Positions 46,157 to 56,751 of a stretch of DNA of 64,000 nucleotides are shown piece after piece. A model generated the notes under the pieces. The model searched no databases, was not told the origin of the DNA, and was given only the letters and a program-made list of their open reading frames with translations. The position numbers and the translations under genes were made by a program. Source of the DNA: an archaeon (GTDB lineage Archaea; Nanobdellota; Nanobdellia; Pacearchaeales; GW2011-AR1); contig JABHNB010000007.1 in assembly GCA_018694115.1 (NCBI GenBank), positions 1,700 through 65,699 of the forward strand, given 5' to 3'. Each line of letters starts with the position of its first letter. Position 1 is the stretch's first letter.

Positions 46157-49100
46157 TTATATATATTCATTTATTTTCGATTTATTAAACCTTACTCTTT
46201 TATAGATATAGAAAACCAGGCCGATAAAGAAAATCGATAAAGTTGCAAACGAAGCATAATAGAAAGTCTGGCCAACCACCCCGTCTCCATACCTAACCTG
46301 CTCATTCGCTTTAATTGCAGTCTCGCAGGCCCCAACAACATCTTGAGATTTTTGTAAGGACAGAGCAAAATCTCCAGAATTGAATGCCTGTTCTGCGGCC
46401 TTCAGAAGTTCAGTTAATTCTAAACATTCAGAATTTTCAGCGATAAGTTTCTCAGTAAAAATCAAAATCTGCTCCGCTTCAGTTTCATTCGTCTCCCTCA
46501 AATCAATGATAAACTCTGCCCAATCAGAAAACATTGGAGATTCCACATCTGCCTGGATAGTTGCCCGGTACTTTCCAGAACGCTGAGTATTCGCATAAAT
46601 CCTCATAGAAAAATTCTCCGATTGATTGATCTTTAGTTCTTCAATATATCCATCCTCAAAAGTAATAGACAGGTCATCAGAGAAAACATTCTCAAAACTA
46701 ACCGTACTACTAAGATTAATGCCCACCAAATCTACCTGTCCGTTATTATCTACAGAAAAAGGAACGTCAATGTAGTTTTGCTCAGAAATAATAACATCCT
46801 GAGGAACAATCAACTTCAGAGAGTAGTGTTTGAGTTTACTAGTACCTCCCCCGCCACCCGTTCGAGTAACGGTAGTCGTAGTAGCCGGAACTACCTCCAC
46901 TTGAAAATCATTACTACTCGCATTACCAATGCTGATATTTGAAGAATTGTACTCGTATGCGGTAATCCTTATAACTTCTATAGTAGCTACAGGAGAGCTA
47001 AGACTAAGAATCCAATCCGAAAATGAAGAATCTGCAGCAACATAACTTCCCCCAGAAACCGCCGTTAAAGTGAAATTAACCGTTTGATTGAGAGTCTTAT
47101 CAAAATAATCTGCATCACTAAAATACTCACTTAAATTGATCTCAATTGCTGCCCCCGCACTGATAGGGCCCTGATCACTGATATAACCAGAAAAACTCAC
47201 ATTCTCATTAGTGTGACTAATATTTACCTTCCAGTTAATCGAATCGTTCAATTCAGGATAATCAGGATTATAAACCATTAATGTCAAATTCTTTAACATC
47301 CCATAAGTCTCATCAGAATAAGTTGGAGTAAAATTCCAACTAAAATTAGACTCCCGAACCCATGTCCAATTTGTCTCATTCCTTAAATTATCCGAAGAAA
47401 TTAAAGTCAAATTTGTATAATTAAAATGAGTAAAATTAGAGTAAACGATATTATCTAAATAAAACAAATAAGTTAAATTAGTGTCATTTACACCATAACT
47501 AACATTGAAATCTAAATCTCCCGTACTATTTCCTTCTGTCCAATTAAAAACATATCCTGTAATCGGAGAGGTTATATCCGGCATTCCATAAACGTAGAGC
47601 CTAAACTCTTGAGAATCGTTCAATCCCGTAGAATCATTTACAGTAACATTAATATGATATTCTCCGGCATGAGAGGAATTAAAGGTAAAATTAAGAATTC
47701 CAGTAGTGGTATTAAATATTGTTTCATTAGTTCCGACAAAGTCTGTTCCAGAAGTAAAATTTAAACTATATGTCAAATTACCGCTCGAGTCATCACCATC
47801 CTCCTCATCAGTCGAATTAATATCAAGTAAAAGGATATCATTCACGGTCAAAGAATGATTTTCAATAGATCCCAAAATTGGAGCATCTCCTGTAGCAGTA
47901 ATGTTCAAGATAAAGCTTGAAGAAGTGTAATTTCCTCCAGCGTCGGTGATATTTATTGTCACATTGTAATCCCCTACATTAACTCCATCAGGAGTAAAAT
48001 TAGTTTTGAAAGTTGAAATATTAGTTCCATTAGCAGGCCCATCAAACAAACTAAAATCAAATGATATCGCACTAGTAACTGCTGTTAAATTTGTAATATT
48101 CGTATCAACAGTCAAACTCTCATCATAATAGTTTGCTCGCTGATAGTAAGGAATAAGAAAGTCATCATCATAAACATAAAATAAAATTTCCTTAAGAGAA
48201 TCCTCGTCCGCATTAGTTGCAGAAAAAACTGTATCAATAACCGGAGTATCTTCAACATTCTCAATACTAAAATTAAATTCCTTAGAACGATTAATCATAC
48301 CATCACTAGCAATAATTGTAACATTGTGATATCCCACATCACAATCGGTGGGAGTAAAACTAATCATCCCACTAGTAGAATTAAACGTACTGGAATTTAA
48401 AGAACAAAATTCTGCAGAATTATTGACATAGTAAAAAGTTATCGTATCATTATCTACATCGCTAACATTAACGCTAACATTATAATTAAACGCCGTATCC
48501 TCTGTAAGACTCAATTGAACAATATCGTCTAAAGAAGTATTCCAAACAGGAGGGTAATCGGTGTTTATCTCAATAATAAAGGTTTGATTGTCAGTATTCC
48601 CTGCAGTATCTGTAACATTCACAATAACTGAATAATTAAATGTCCCATTATTTTCAACATAGTCATAATTAATGTCTAAAGTCGCGATAGTGTAATTTGT
48701 CCCACTAGTAATTAAACTACCCACAGTAACCCAACTTTCATTGGTAGCAAAAGTCAAACTCTCATTATAATAATTTGCCCTCTGAGCCGAAGTAATCAAT
48801 AAATCATCATCATAACCAGTCACATTAAGGGTAATATTTTCATAAACTGTCTGATTATCAATATTTCCCATAACGGGACTATCTGCAGTATTATTAATAG
48901 AAAACCAAAAAACAGTGGAGGTAGATTGGGGATTATCCGCATCAGAATCTGTAACCGAAATATTAATGGACCAATTACCCACCATACTATCATTGGCAGT
49001 AAAAGAAATATTTGCAGAAGAATTAAATCCTGTATCATTGTCACAATTTACAGAAATTTCTGAGAGAGAATTATTAAAAATAAATCCCCCGGGGGCCTGA

Positions 49101-50035
49101 TTAATCGTAAAGTTTAACTCACTTGTTTCATCCTCATCAGTTGCATTAATCAGACAATTAAATAGTATATCTTCAGTTGCATTTCTTTCACTATCACAAG
49201 TATATGTAAAAGATGGAGCCACATTAACATTCCGAACCGTAAAATTAACCAATGTCCAATTTGTCTGATTCACAGAGGAACTATTATCAGTAACCGAAAC
49301 ATTAAGTGTATAATTTCCAACATCATTTTTTGCAGGGGTAAAAGTCAAATTCCATGTCCCAGTAATATTATCAAAATCCCAATAAGATGAATTGAAAAGC
49401 TCTCGCCCAGAAGCAGTATCACAATCCCGATCAGACCATTCTGCAACACTACAGGAAGTAAAATTTAGGGTTAGATTATAGGGAGTATTATTCTCCTCAT
49501 CATTAACATTAAACTCATAAGTATTTTCACTTAAGGAATTAAATATCTGGTTTGAAAGACCCACAAAATAAGGAGCATCATTAACTGCAGAGATGTTGAA
49601 TTCAAAATTAGTAATTGCACCCTCTCCCCCATTAGTATCATTAACTGCCTGAATTGGAATTATAAAATAACCAGTCTGATTATCATTGGTAGCATTAATA
49701 GTCAAATTCCCGGTAGTAGAATTTGTAATCGAAATCCACTCCGACACTTCACTCGGAAAAACAAGAAAAGAGCCGGTGGAATTAGTCCAATTAATCTTAT
49801 TATCTATCGCAGTATCAATCGAAAAAGTTATATCATTATTAAACCCACTAATATTAGCACTAAGATCATGGTAATAGTAGGTATCCTCACTAACATTATA
49901 ATTAACATCGCTTCCATCCCAAGTAACAGCCCCAACCAAAAACATCCCTAAAATCCCAAAAACAAATATTGCTATAACTCCAATAATCTTCATATCTCCT
50001 CGAGTATTCATTCCTTCAAAAGATTCAATTTCCAT
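46157..50035 (-). CDS. Large secreted surface glycoprotein with tandem cadherin/Ig-like repeats and a C-terminal TM
   Basis: Signal peptide; repeated NDAP/NVAP/DTPV linkers and D-x-D-x-D motifs; very dense N-x-S/T sequons; C-terminal TM. Confidence 0.8.
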   Translation of the reverse strand: MEIESFEGMNTRGDMKIIGVIAIFVFGILGMFLVGAVTWDGSDVNYNVSEDTYYYHDLSANISGFNNDITFSIDTAIDNKINWTNSTGSFLVFPSEVSEWISITNSTTGNLTINATNDNQTGYFIIPIQAVNDTNGGEGAITNFEFNISAVNDAPYFVGLSNQIFNSLSENTYEFNVNDEENNTPYNLTLNFTSCSVAEWSDRDCDTASGRELFNSSYWDFDNITGTWNLTFTPAKNDVGNYTLNVSVTDNSSSVNQTNWTLVNFTVRNVNVAPSFTYTCDSERNATEDILFNCLINATDEDETSELNFTINQAPGGFIFNNSLSEISVNCDNDTGFNSSANISFTANDSMVGNWSINISVTDSDADNPQSTSTVFWFSINNTADSPVMGNIDNQTVYENITLNVTGYDDDLLITSAQRANYYNESLTFATNESWVTVGSLITSGTNYTIATLDINYDYVENNGTFNYSVIVNVTDTAGNTDNQTFIIEINTDYPPVWNTSLDDIVQLSLTEDTAFNYNVSVNVSDVDNDTITFYYVNNSAEFCSLNSSTFNSTSGMISFTPTDCDVGYHNVTIIASDGMINRSKEFNFSIENVEDTPVIDTVFSATNADEDSLKEILFYVYDDDFLIPYYQRANYYDESLTVDTNITNLTAVTSAISFDFSLFDGPANGTNISTFKTNFTPDGVNVGDYNVTINITDAGGNYTSSSFILNITATGDAPILGSIENHSLTVNDILLLDINSTDEEDGDDSSGNLTYSLNFTSGTDFVGTNETIFNTTTGILNFTFNSSHAGEYHINVTVNDSTGLNDSQEFRLYVYGMPDITSPITGYVFNWTEGNSTGDLDFNVSYGVNDTNLTYLFYLDNIVYSNFTHFNYTNLTLISSDNLRNETNWTWVRESNFSWNFTPTYSDETYGMLKNLTLMVYNPDYPELNDSINWKVNISHTNENVSFSGYISDQGPISAGAAIEINLSEYFSDADYFDKTLNQTVNFTLTAVSGGSYVAADSSFSDWILSLSSPVATIEVIRITAYEYNSSNISIGNASSNDFQVEVVPATTTTVTRTGGGGGTSKLKHYSLKLIVPQDVIISEQNYIDVPFSVDNNGQVDLVGINLSSTVSFENVFSDDLSITFEDGYIEELKINQSENFSMRIYANTQRSGKYRATIQADVESPMFSDWAEFIIDLRETNETEAEQILIFTEKLIAENSECLELTELLKAAEQAFNSGDFALSLQKSQDVVGACETAIKANEQVRYGDGVVGQTFYYASFATLSIFFIGLVFYIYKRVRFNKSKINEYI

Positions 50036-50192
50036 TTTTATCCTCCTCTAGAATCATCAATTTTTTATTAACATCGAATCTGATTAGGATCTTCTGGCCT
50101 TCATCTAGTTCCAGAGTATCCACAATCGCCTTTGGAATCTTTATCCTATAACCCTTCTGAATATGATTATCTTTAAAAATTATTTCTGCCAT
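50025..50192 (-). CDS. AbrB/MazE/SpoVT-like small DNA-binding protein (55 aa; not in the ORF track)
   Basis: MAEIIFKDNHIQKGYRIKIPKAIVDTLELDEGQKILIRFDVNKKLMILEEDKNGN*; fits the (R/Q)IxIPkxixxxLxlxxGxxl swapped-hairpin pattern; overlaps the start of the next gene. Confidence 0.78.
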   Translation of the reverse strand: MAEIIFKDNHIQKGYRIKIPKAIVDTLELDEGQKILIRFDVNKKLMILEEDKNGN

Positions 50193-50311
50193 AAGTACTT
50201 TTAATATCCTTTTTTTATCCTTTAATTTAACAAGTTTAATACCATTAATATCCCTTTTAAAGTATTTAAAACTATCTGAAATATTATGATAGAATAACTC
50301 TTAATAAAATT

Positions 50312-52375
50312 CTAAGATTTACGGAATTTATATCTCACAATATTAAATCCCTTTACAATAATAAATGCAATAGCAATCAGAGAAACTGCAAGAAGGCCCA
50401 GAATCGCAAACATGGAAGTCCTTAGCGGTTGTTCTTCTGCACAAGCATAAGGGCAAGGTCCGCCACAATCTATACCTGATTCTCCCTGATTCTTTTTTCC
50501 ATCTGAACAAGTTGCACAAGGTTCACAAGGTCCGCCACAATCTACCAATAGCTCACAACCCTTCCCATGACAGTTTGTTATACCATCTTCACAACTTGGA
50601 TCTTCAGTAAAATAACAAACCTGCATTTCAGAAGGCTTAGTAACCCTTGGAACAGTATTGTTATTACAAAGATTCAAATCCTTACAAGAAGTAAGTTGAA
50701 ATCCGCAAAATCTTTCATCATATTTATTCTGAGAGCATATTTCTTGAACCGAAAAGTGATCTTCTAGAGATAAACTTCTAGCGTCAAAAGATCTCTTAGC
50801 ATTCTGACAAACACCCCAACCTTCACAAACCCATTCTTCAGAACAGTACGCACCAATAGTGCCTCCACCGCCGCCTCCACCGCCGCCTCCACCGCCGCCT
50901 CCACCGCCAACCGGACAGGCCACAGAACTATAATCAATAATCCAACTATTTGATGCGTTCAATAGACCATCACTAACCACCACAGTTACGTTAACCTCTC
51001 CCGAGCGTCCACAACCAAGAGAATAAGCATAATCATCTGAAGACAACAACTCATTATGTTCTTTTAAAACACCATCAACATACCAGTCAATATCTGGAAT
51101 GTTTGCATCAGGGTCTCTAACACTTACACTAAATGTAGTTGAAGTAGTTCCCCCAATACTAAAATTAGATTCCGCAGGAAGATAACTCGAGATTTCAGGA
51201 GCCCGATTATCATCCGTAACTGTCAATGTAAAATCATCACAAATACTCTTTATAGAACCATCCTCCGCAACTCCACATGCATCACTAATATTTACATGAG
51301 GATTAGCAATTCCAGTATCATTCGCACAAACAGTTATGCTAAAGGTCCGATTAACATGATTTATAGTGGGAGTAAAATTAACGATCCCGTAGGTCTCATT
51401 GATACTAAATAATTCTTCACCAACAAAAGAAATATTAAAGGTAAAATTCCCCGAACTTGAAGTCCCATCCTCAAGATCAGATATAAGAAATTGATAATTA
51501 AACTCGGAATCATCCCCTTCAAGATATAGCGTTCTAGAACCAAGCCCCGAACCAACCCAATTAGGAGCATTATTCATTTCGATAACAGTAATATTAATAT
51601 CTGCAGTATCTACACAACAACTAAAATTAAAATCATCATCCGCGGTAACTCTAGTTAAATAAGACTTGAATCCTGCATCAACTCCTCCCGCAGAATCCTT
51701 GCTCAAAGTTGCGGAAATAATCCTTGAAGTAAAATTTGTATATTCAACAGTATTAATTGGAGAAAGGATATAAAATAAGTCATGTGAATCGTTTAACTGA
51801 ATTCCCAAGGTATCCTCATCAGCATCATAAGTATCAAATTCATATCCCGCATTAGGTGCCCCAATTTTTTGGTTCTCACAAACAAAAATCTCTTCATCAA
51901 TAGTTCCAATAAGAGGTGCAGAATTTGGAACCTCGACATAAAAGACCACACTCTCATTAGTCCATTCTCCACCAGTCTGCTTAGCAGAAACCGTTAACAA
52001 ATTAGACCACCGAGTAGCATTAATCGTAGTATCCGGACTAAATGAGACAGTATCATTAAGTGAAACATTATGTCTAAGATCAAAAAGAGAATATGCCCAG
52101 TCATCGGGATTAAAGTTAGAAGAAGCATTAAGAATAATTTCATAAGTGGCTCCAATCGCAAAATTATAAGTATCATTAATTGGGCTAGTTATATTCAAAT
52201 CCCTAGTCCCTCCAGAAACAAAAAGACTAATTGCACCATTAAGACTTTGTCCAGTAATCATCTGGCCGAGATTTGGTAGTGGATATTCGAAGTTAGAACT
52301 AATCATATAATTCCCCACAATAATTGCTGCAAAAACCAATAGCAAAGCAAATACTACAACCCCTTTCTTCTTCAT
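50312..52375 (-). CDS. Secreted surface protein: cadherin-like repeats, poly-Gly hinge, Cys-rich region, C-terminal TM
   Basis: NSAP/NNAP/NRAP linkers, G16, CSEEWVCEGWGVC, CSDGKKNQGESGIDCGGPC. Start MKKKG at 52375. Confidence 0.78.
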   Translation of the reverse strand: MKKKGVVVFALLLVFAAIIVGNYMISSNFEYPLPNLGQMITGQSLNGAISLFVSGGTRDLNITSPINDTYNFAIGATYEIILNASSNFNPDDWAYSLFDLRHNVSLNDTVSFSPDTTINATRWSNLLTVSAKQTGGEWTNESVVFYVEVPNSAPLIGTIDEEIFVCENQKIGAPNAGYEFDTYDADEDTLGIQLNDSHDLFYILSPINTVEYTNFTSRIISATLSKDSAGGVDAGFKSYLTRVTADDDFNFSCCVDTADINITVIEMNNAPNWVGSGLGSRTLYLEGDDSEFNYQFLISDLEDGTSSSGNFTFNISFVGEELFSINETYGIVNFTPTINHVNRTFSITVCANDTGIANPHVNISDACGVAEDGSIKSICDDFTLTVTDDNRAPEISSYLPAESNFSIGGTTSTTFSVSVRDPDANIPDIDWYVDGVLKEHNELLSSDDYAYSLGCGRSGEVNVTVVVSDGLLNASNSWIIDYSSVACPVGGGGGGGGGGGGGGGGTIGAYCSEEWVCEGWGVCQNAKRSFDARSLSLEDHFSVQEICSQNKYDERFCGFQLTSCKDLNLCNNNTVPRVTKPSEMQVCYFTEDPSCEDGITNCHGKGCELLVDCGGPCEPCATCSDGKKNQGESGIDCGGPCPYACAEEQPLRTSMFAILGLLAVSLIAIAFIIVKGFNIVRYKFRKS
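50861..50908. repeat. Perfect 12-bp tandem repeat x4 encoding Gly16
   Basis: (gcctccaccgcc)4. Confidence 0.95.
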
Positions 52376-52406
52376 TAAATAATCAACATTTCCGTATATA
52401 AAAACA

Positions 52407-52826
52407 TTACTCCTTAATCTCTTCAAGCTCAAATCTTATCTGTCCAGAATATTCTCCCCCTAGGGCTTCCTCAGGAACTCTAAGCTCAACTGGAATTATT
52501 ACACTTTCTCCAGGGAATACTACCCTAGAAGACTCAGAAAAAACAAAATCTAGAAGATCCTGACTAATTAAAATATCAATCCGAATGGGAAATGTATAAT
52601 CGCTCTCCAAAGTAACCACCTTAGAAACAGTCATACCCGGAAGAATCCTCCCAAAATCCAAAAGACCTGAACTTGAAGTAATCCCCAAACTATTCCCAAC
52701 TTCAAACTTTATATCTAAAGTCTCCACCTCAAGAGGGCTAGTCCACAAATAAAAAATAAATAAAATTCCGACTAAAAATACTCCTCCGTAAAAACATATC
52801 TGCCTACCTAATTTTTTTTTCTCCAT
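52407..52826 (-). CDS. Membrane-anchored hypothetical protein (single beta-rich domain)
   Basis: N-terminal TM; LDFGRILPG motif. Start MEKKK at 52826. Confidence 0.55.
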   Translation of the reverse strand: MEKKKLGRQICFYGGVFLVGILFIFYLWTSPLEVETLDIKFEVGNSLGITSSSGLLDFGRILPGMTVSKVVTLESDYTFPIRIDILISQDLLDFVFSESSRVVFPGESVIIPVELRVPEEALGGEYSGQIRFELEEIKE

Positions 52827-53914
52827 CTTCTCCAAAAGTATATTGCTGCCCCACCAAAAAAAGCAAGAACTGCACCAAAAACAAAATACCAATAAGGCTC
52901 AATCTCTCCAGCAAATTTTAATTTTACAATCTTACTTGTAGTCATATTTCCATAGTGCAAGATAACATTCACCTTAAAACTAACAGATTCAACCTCAGAG
53001 CTATCAAAAAATCCCTCTAAATATCCAAATTCCCAAGCATCCAAATCAATAGTTGGCGTAATAAAATCTAAATTCAAATCTTCGTCAAGAAAAGTAACTT
53101 CAGCATAAGATCCTTCAAGGTTATTATTCCAATAATTTTTCACACCAATCTTCATTCGATTTATTTTATCCCTCTCAATTTCCCTTGTATAATTAACAAT
53201 CTCTAAAATTAAATCACCGAGACTAAAGAAACCCTCTGCTTCTGCAAAGTCCCCATTATCATAATAAACAAAAGCTCTGGCAGAATAATCTCCAAAGAAA
53301 TATTCAGAAGTATCAATAACACCTACAAACTCTTCGGCAGCCCCTACTTCCAAAAATTTCCCATCTAATTCGAAAGAACTCAATTTATCATCAAAATCAT
53401 AAATCTCAATAATCGGGAGGATCTCAAAACTCTCCTCACCCAAATTAGTAACTTTCAAGGAAAAATTTGTGTCTTCCCCCACATTTGCATTTTTAATATC
53501 AAGATCCACTTCAACATAACTTCCAGGATAAGGAACATTGATCTTTATTATCCCTCGAACGTCTGAAGCAATAGCAACTCCCCCATTATCTCTCGCAACC
53601 TCACGAGCCCCAATTCGAATACGTTTCTGCCCAGGACTAACTTCAATATCCGAAGGAAGATCTAAAGAAGCGGTAACAATCCCACTCCCATTTATATTAT
53701 TCTTATCTAAAGTAACATATTCTGCAAAATCTCCAGAAACATAAAGCTCAGAAAAGCTTTCCTCATCAAAGATAAAGTTAAACTCAAAATTCCCGCTAAG
53801 GCCCTGTTCAAAATCAAGAGTATAGCTTGAAGGGGAAACCCCAGATATAGCACCAACAAAAGACACTAAAAAGATTCCCATAAGAACCGGAATGTAAAAT
53901 AATAACCTTTTCAT
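52808..53914 (-). CDS. Secreted Ig/CARDB-like surface protein with C-terminal TM
   Basis: Signal peptide, GVSPSS, INVPYPGSYVE; paralog of 57138..58355. Confidence 0.65.
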   Translation of the reverse strand: MKRLLFYIPVLMGIFLVSFVGAISGVSPSSYTLDFEQGLSGNFEFNFIFDEESFSELYVSGDFAEYVTLDKNNINGSGIVTASLDLPSDIEVSPGQKRIRIGAREVARDNGGVAIASDVRGIIKINVPYPGSYVEVDLDIKNANVGEDTNFSLKVTNLGEESFEILPIIEIYDFDDKLSSFELDGKFLEVGAAEEFVGVIDTSEYFFGDYSARAFVYYDNGDFAEAEGFFSLGDLILEIVNYTREIERDKINRMKIGVKNYWNNNLEGSYAEVTFLDEDLNLDFITPTIDLDAWEFGYLEGFFDSSEVESVSFKVNVILHYGNMTTSKIVKLKFAGEIEPYWYFVFGAVLAFFGGAAIYFWRRWRKKN

Positions 53915-54534
53915 TATACTTCCTCGATCGTCGCAGTCATCGTATCGCCACGAGTATCGATATAAGAGTCAGACGGAATTTGCAATTTAAAATCAATACG
54001 AATAGAATCACTAGAAGGACTATAACTTAAATTGCTACAAACCGCAATTTGTCCAGAACTAACTTCATTCCAAGCACCCAAAGTAAATCCAGATGCAGCA
54101 GTACAACTCGAAGCCTCCGAATTAGTAACATTAAACTTATACTCTGGACTAGTTCCTCCAAGAAAAGTAGCAGCAGTTTTTCCAAAAGAGAGATTAAAGA
54201 TTACATCCACATTCCCGATATTCTCAACAACGAATCCATTAGAAACCGCAGTCCAATTTCCATCAGTAACATTTCCTGCAGCAGTATCTAAAATCGCATA
54301 GGAAGCACTATCATCCACCTGCCCAGAACTCCAATTAATAGTACTTGTAGTAAAATTAATGATAGTATAGTTAGAAACAGTTAGATTAATCGACCCCGAA
54401 GCACTAGCATAGCCAGTAATTACATTTCCAATACCTCCGGCAAAATCTCCCAGAAATTCATAATTCCCTGCAATGATTATCAAAAGAACTACTGCAGTCA
54501 CGATTATCAACGTTCTAACCTCTTTTTTCTCCAT
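53914..54534 (-). CDS. Secreted or membrane-anchored beta-rich protein
   Basis: TM, ITGYA linker, VVENIGNVD; resembles the C-terminal domain of the giant protein (IFQNDGTV). Start MEKKE at 54534. Confidence 0.6.
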   Translation of the reverse strand: MEKKEVRTLIIVTAVVLLIIIAGNYEFLGDFAGGIGNVITGYASASGSINLTVSNYTIINFTTSTINWSSGQVDDSASYAILDTAAGNVTDGNWTAVSNGFVVENIGNVDVIFNLSFGKTAATFLGGTSPEYKFNVTNSEASSCTAASGFTLGAWNEVSSGQIAVCSNLSYSPSSDSIRIDFKLQIPSDSYIDTRGDTMTATIEEV

Positions 54535-54608
54535 CAATAAAAGACGCAATCCGGATATAAAAATGTTACCACAACAATTCTTATAAATCCTCCAAAAAGA
54601 TCATTATT

Positions 54609-55301
54609 ATGGGTAATAAACCAACTCTTTCAATCATTCTTCCAGTATATAACGAACAAACAACAATCAGAAAAATTATTGAGATAATTCAGGAACAAAA
54701 AATCCCAAAAGAGATAATTATAGTAGATGATGGTTCAACCGATAAAACAAGGGAAATTATCAATACAATAAGCAGTCCTGAAGTTAAAAAAGTATTTTTA
54801 AAAAGAAACTATGGAAAGGGTGCGGCAATAAGATGTGGAATAAAGAGGGCAGAAGGAAAAATAGTTATTATCCAAGATGCAGATCTAGAATATTCTCCAG
54901 AAGATTATGCCAAACTAATAGGCCCAATACTCCAAGATAGATCAAAGATTGTTTATGGAACCCGTTTCCCAAAAAACAGAAAACAAAAAAATATTTCTCT
55001 GTTCTACTTAGGAAATAAACTCCTAACACTAATTGCCAACATCCTATATGGAACAAAACTTACTGATGAAGCTACCTGCTACAAAGTTTTCGATACAGAG
55101 CTCCTAAAAAAAATAAAACTCAAATCAAGAAGATTTGAATTCTGCCCCGAAATCACCGCAAAACTCTCAAAGAAAGGCCACAAAATAATAGAAATCCCCG
55201 TTTCCTATAATCCTAGAACAAAAAACCATGGAAAAAAGATTAGGTATCGGGATGGGATCACTGCAATCGCCACCTTAATAAAATATAGATTCTTCAACTA
55301 A
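54609..55301 (+). CDS. GT2 polyprenol-phosphate glycosyltransferase (DPM1/GtrB-like)
   Basis: IILPVYNE, IVDDGSTD, NYGKGAA, IQDADLEY. Confidence 0.9.
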   Translation: MGNKPTLSIILPVYNEQTTIRKIIEIIQEQKIPKEIIIVDDGSTDKTREIINTISSPEVKKVFLKRNYGKGAAIRCGIKRAEGKIVIIQDADLEYSPEDYAKLIGPILQDRSKIVYGTRFPKNRKQKNISLFYLGNKLLTLIANILYGTKLTDEATCYKVFDTELLKKIKLKSRRFEFCPEITAKLSKKGHKIIEIPVSYNPRTKNHGKKIRYRDGITAIATLIKYRFFN

Positions 55302-55303
55302 TT

Positions 55304-56749
55304 ATGAAAAAAACAAAAATCCTCCTAATCGGGGCAATCCTTATCGCAACATTCTTCTTAGTCTATTCTCCGCACCTCAACTACAAATTCCCAATCCACA
55401 TTGATGAGTGGCACCACATAGCTGAAACCACAAAACTAGGAAGTGGAGAGTATCAAATCAGAGGAACAGATGGGATAAGAACAATGGGATTTGAATTGGG
55501 ATTTCATGTACTACTTCTCCCCATATCTAAAATAGCAAATCTGGTACCAATCTATCAATATTTCCCCGCAATATGGATGATGATTTCTGCACTCACTCTC
55601 TTCTTTGTCGTCTATAAAAAAACAAACAAATTTCTCATAGGAATTCTCGCAATGATTTTCTTCGTCTCGATAAAAACCAATACGAATCTTGCAGGACCGT
55701 GGTTCTTCACCCCCCTAACATTCTCAATTCCGTTCATTTTCCTATATCTATATTTATTCACAGAAGGAATAGAAAAAGAAAAGAAGAAATTTATCATAAC
55801 AAGCATTATAATCATGGCATTCCTTTTACCAATCCATGCGATCGCAGTTCTTTTCGCAGCACCATTCCTAATAATATATTCCCTTTTCTACTTAGATTAC
55901 ATAAAAAAGGAAAAGAAATTTTTCCTAGCATTTCTATTAATCCCAATCATAGGAATAATTTTCTATAGCATCATGACCAATACCGGCATCTTAGCCTCCA
56001 TAATCTCAATCTTAAAAGATCTTCAATTCAAACGGGGATGGGGGGTAGTTGAAATACATAACTCATTCCTAGAGCTTTATAGTCTAATAGGATATGCTCT
56101 TGCAATATTCGGGGCAATCGGGATTTTTCTTTTCCAGACTAAACCTAAGAAATTTCTCCCTTACGTTCTCCTTCCACTCACAATCTTAATCTCAATATTT
56201 ATTTACAGAATAACCGGAACATCATTTCTTTCCCCATATCAAAGGAATATGTTTTATCTAGCGATCAGCATGCCAATACTTAGTGCCCTTGGAACATTCT
56301 ATCTAATTGAGCTAGCCTCACTAAAACTAGAAATAAGTAAAGAAACATCAAAAAAGATACTAACCATAGTCATAATCGCAATAATCGTAGCATTCGCTTT
56401 CCTATCCTATTTCACCGTCCCCAATAGGTTTAGATTATACCATGCAATTGAAGACGAAGATATTCCCACCCTAGAATTTATCAAAACCCTTCCCAAAGAT
56501 TCCATAATCATGGCCCCAGTCTTCATTTCCACAACCCTGTACCCCGTTACCCAAAGAAATGCTGTCGCTACAATATTCTTCTATGGAGATCGTTCAAAAA
56601 TAAACGAATTCTTCAAAACGCCTGATTGTAATAGAAAAGAAGAAATCCTGAAAGATCAAAATGCCACATATGTTATTTCAAAAAACCAGATCCCATGTAA
56701 CTGGAATTTAATATACTTAGATAAAAACCTCATTTACCAAGTAACTTAA
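55304..56749 (+). CDS. Multi-pass membrane protein, probable GT-C glycosyltransferase
   Basis: First loop PIHIDEWHH (acidic DE motif), about 10-12 TMs, soluble C-terminal domain; follows GT2. Confidence 0.6.
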   Translation: MKKTKILLIGAILIATFFLVYSPHLNYKFPIHIDEWHHIAETTKLGSGEYQIRGTDGIRTMGFELGFHVLLLPISKIANLVPIYQYFPAIWMMISALTLFFVVYKKTNKFLIGILAMIFFVSIKTNTNLAGPWFFTPLTFSIPFIFLYLYLFTEGIEKEKKKFIITSIIIMAFLLPIHAIAVLFAAPFLIIYSLFYLDYIKKEKKFFLAFLLIPIIGIIFYSIMTNTGILASIISILKDLQFKRGWGVVEIHNSFLELYSLIGYALAIFGAIGIFLFQTKPKKFLPYVLLPLTILISIFIYRITGTSFLSPYQRNMFYLAISMPILSALGTFYLIELASLKLEISKETSKKILTIVIIAIIVAFAFLSYFTVPNRFRLYHAIEDEDIPTLEFIKTLPKDSIIMAPVFISTTLYPVTQRNAVATIFFYGDRSKINEFFKTPDCNRKEEILKDQNATYVISKNQIPCNWNLIYLDKNLIYQVT

Positions 56750-56751
56750 AT

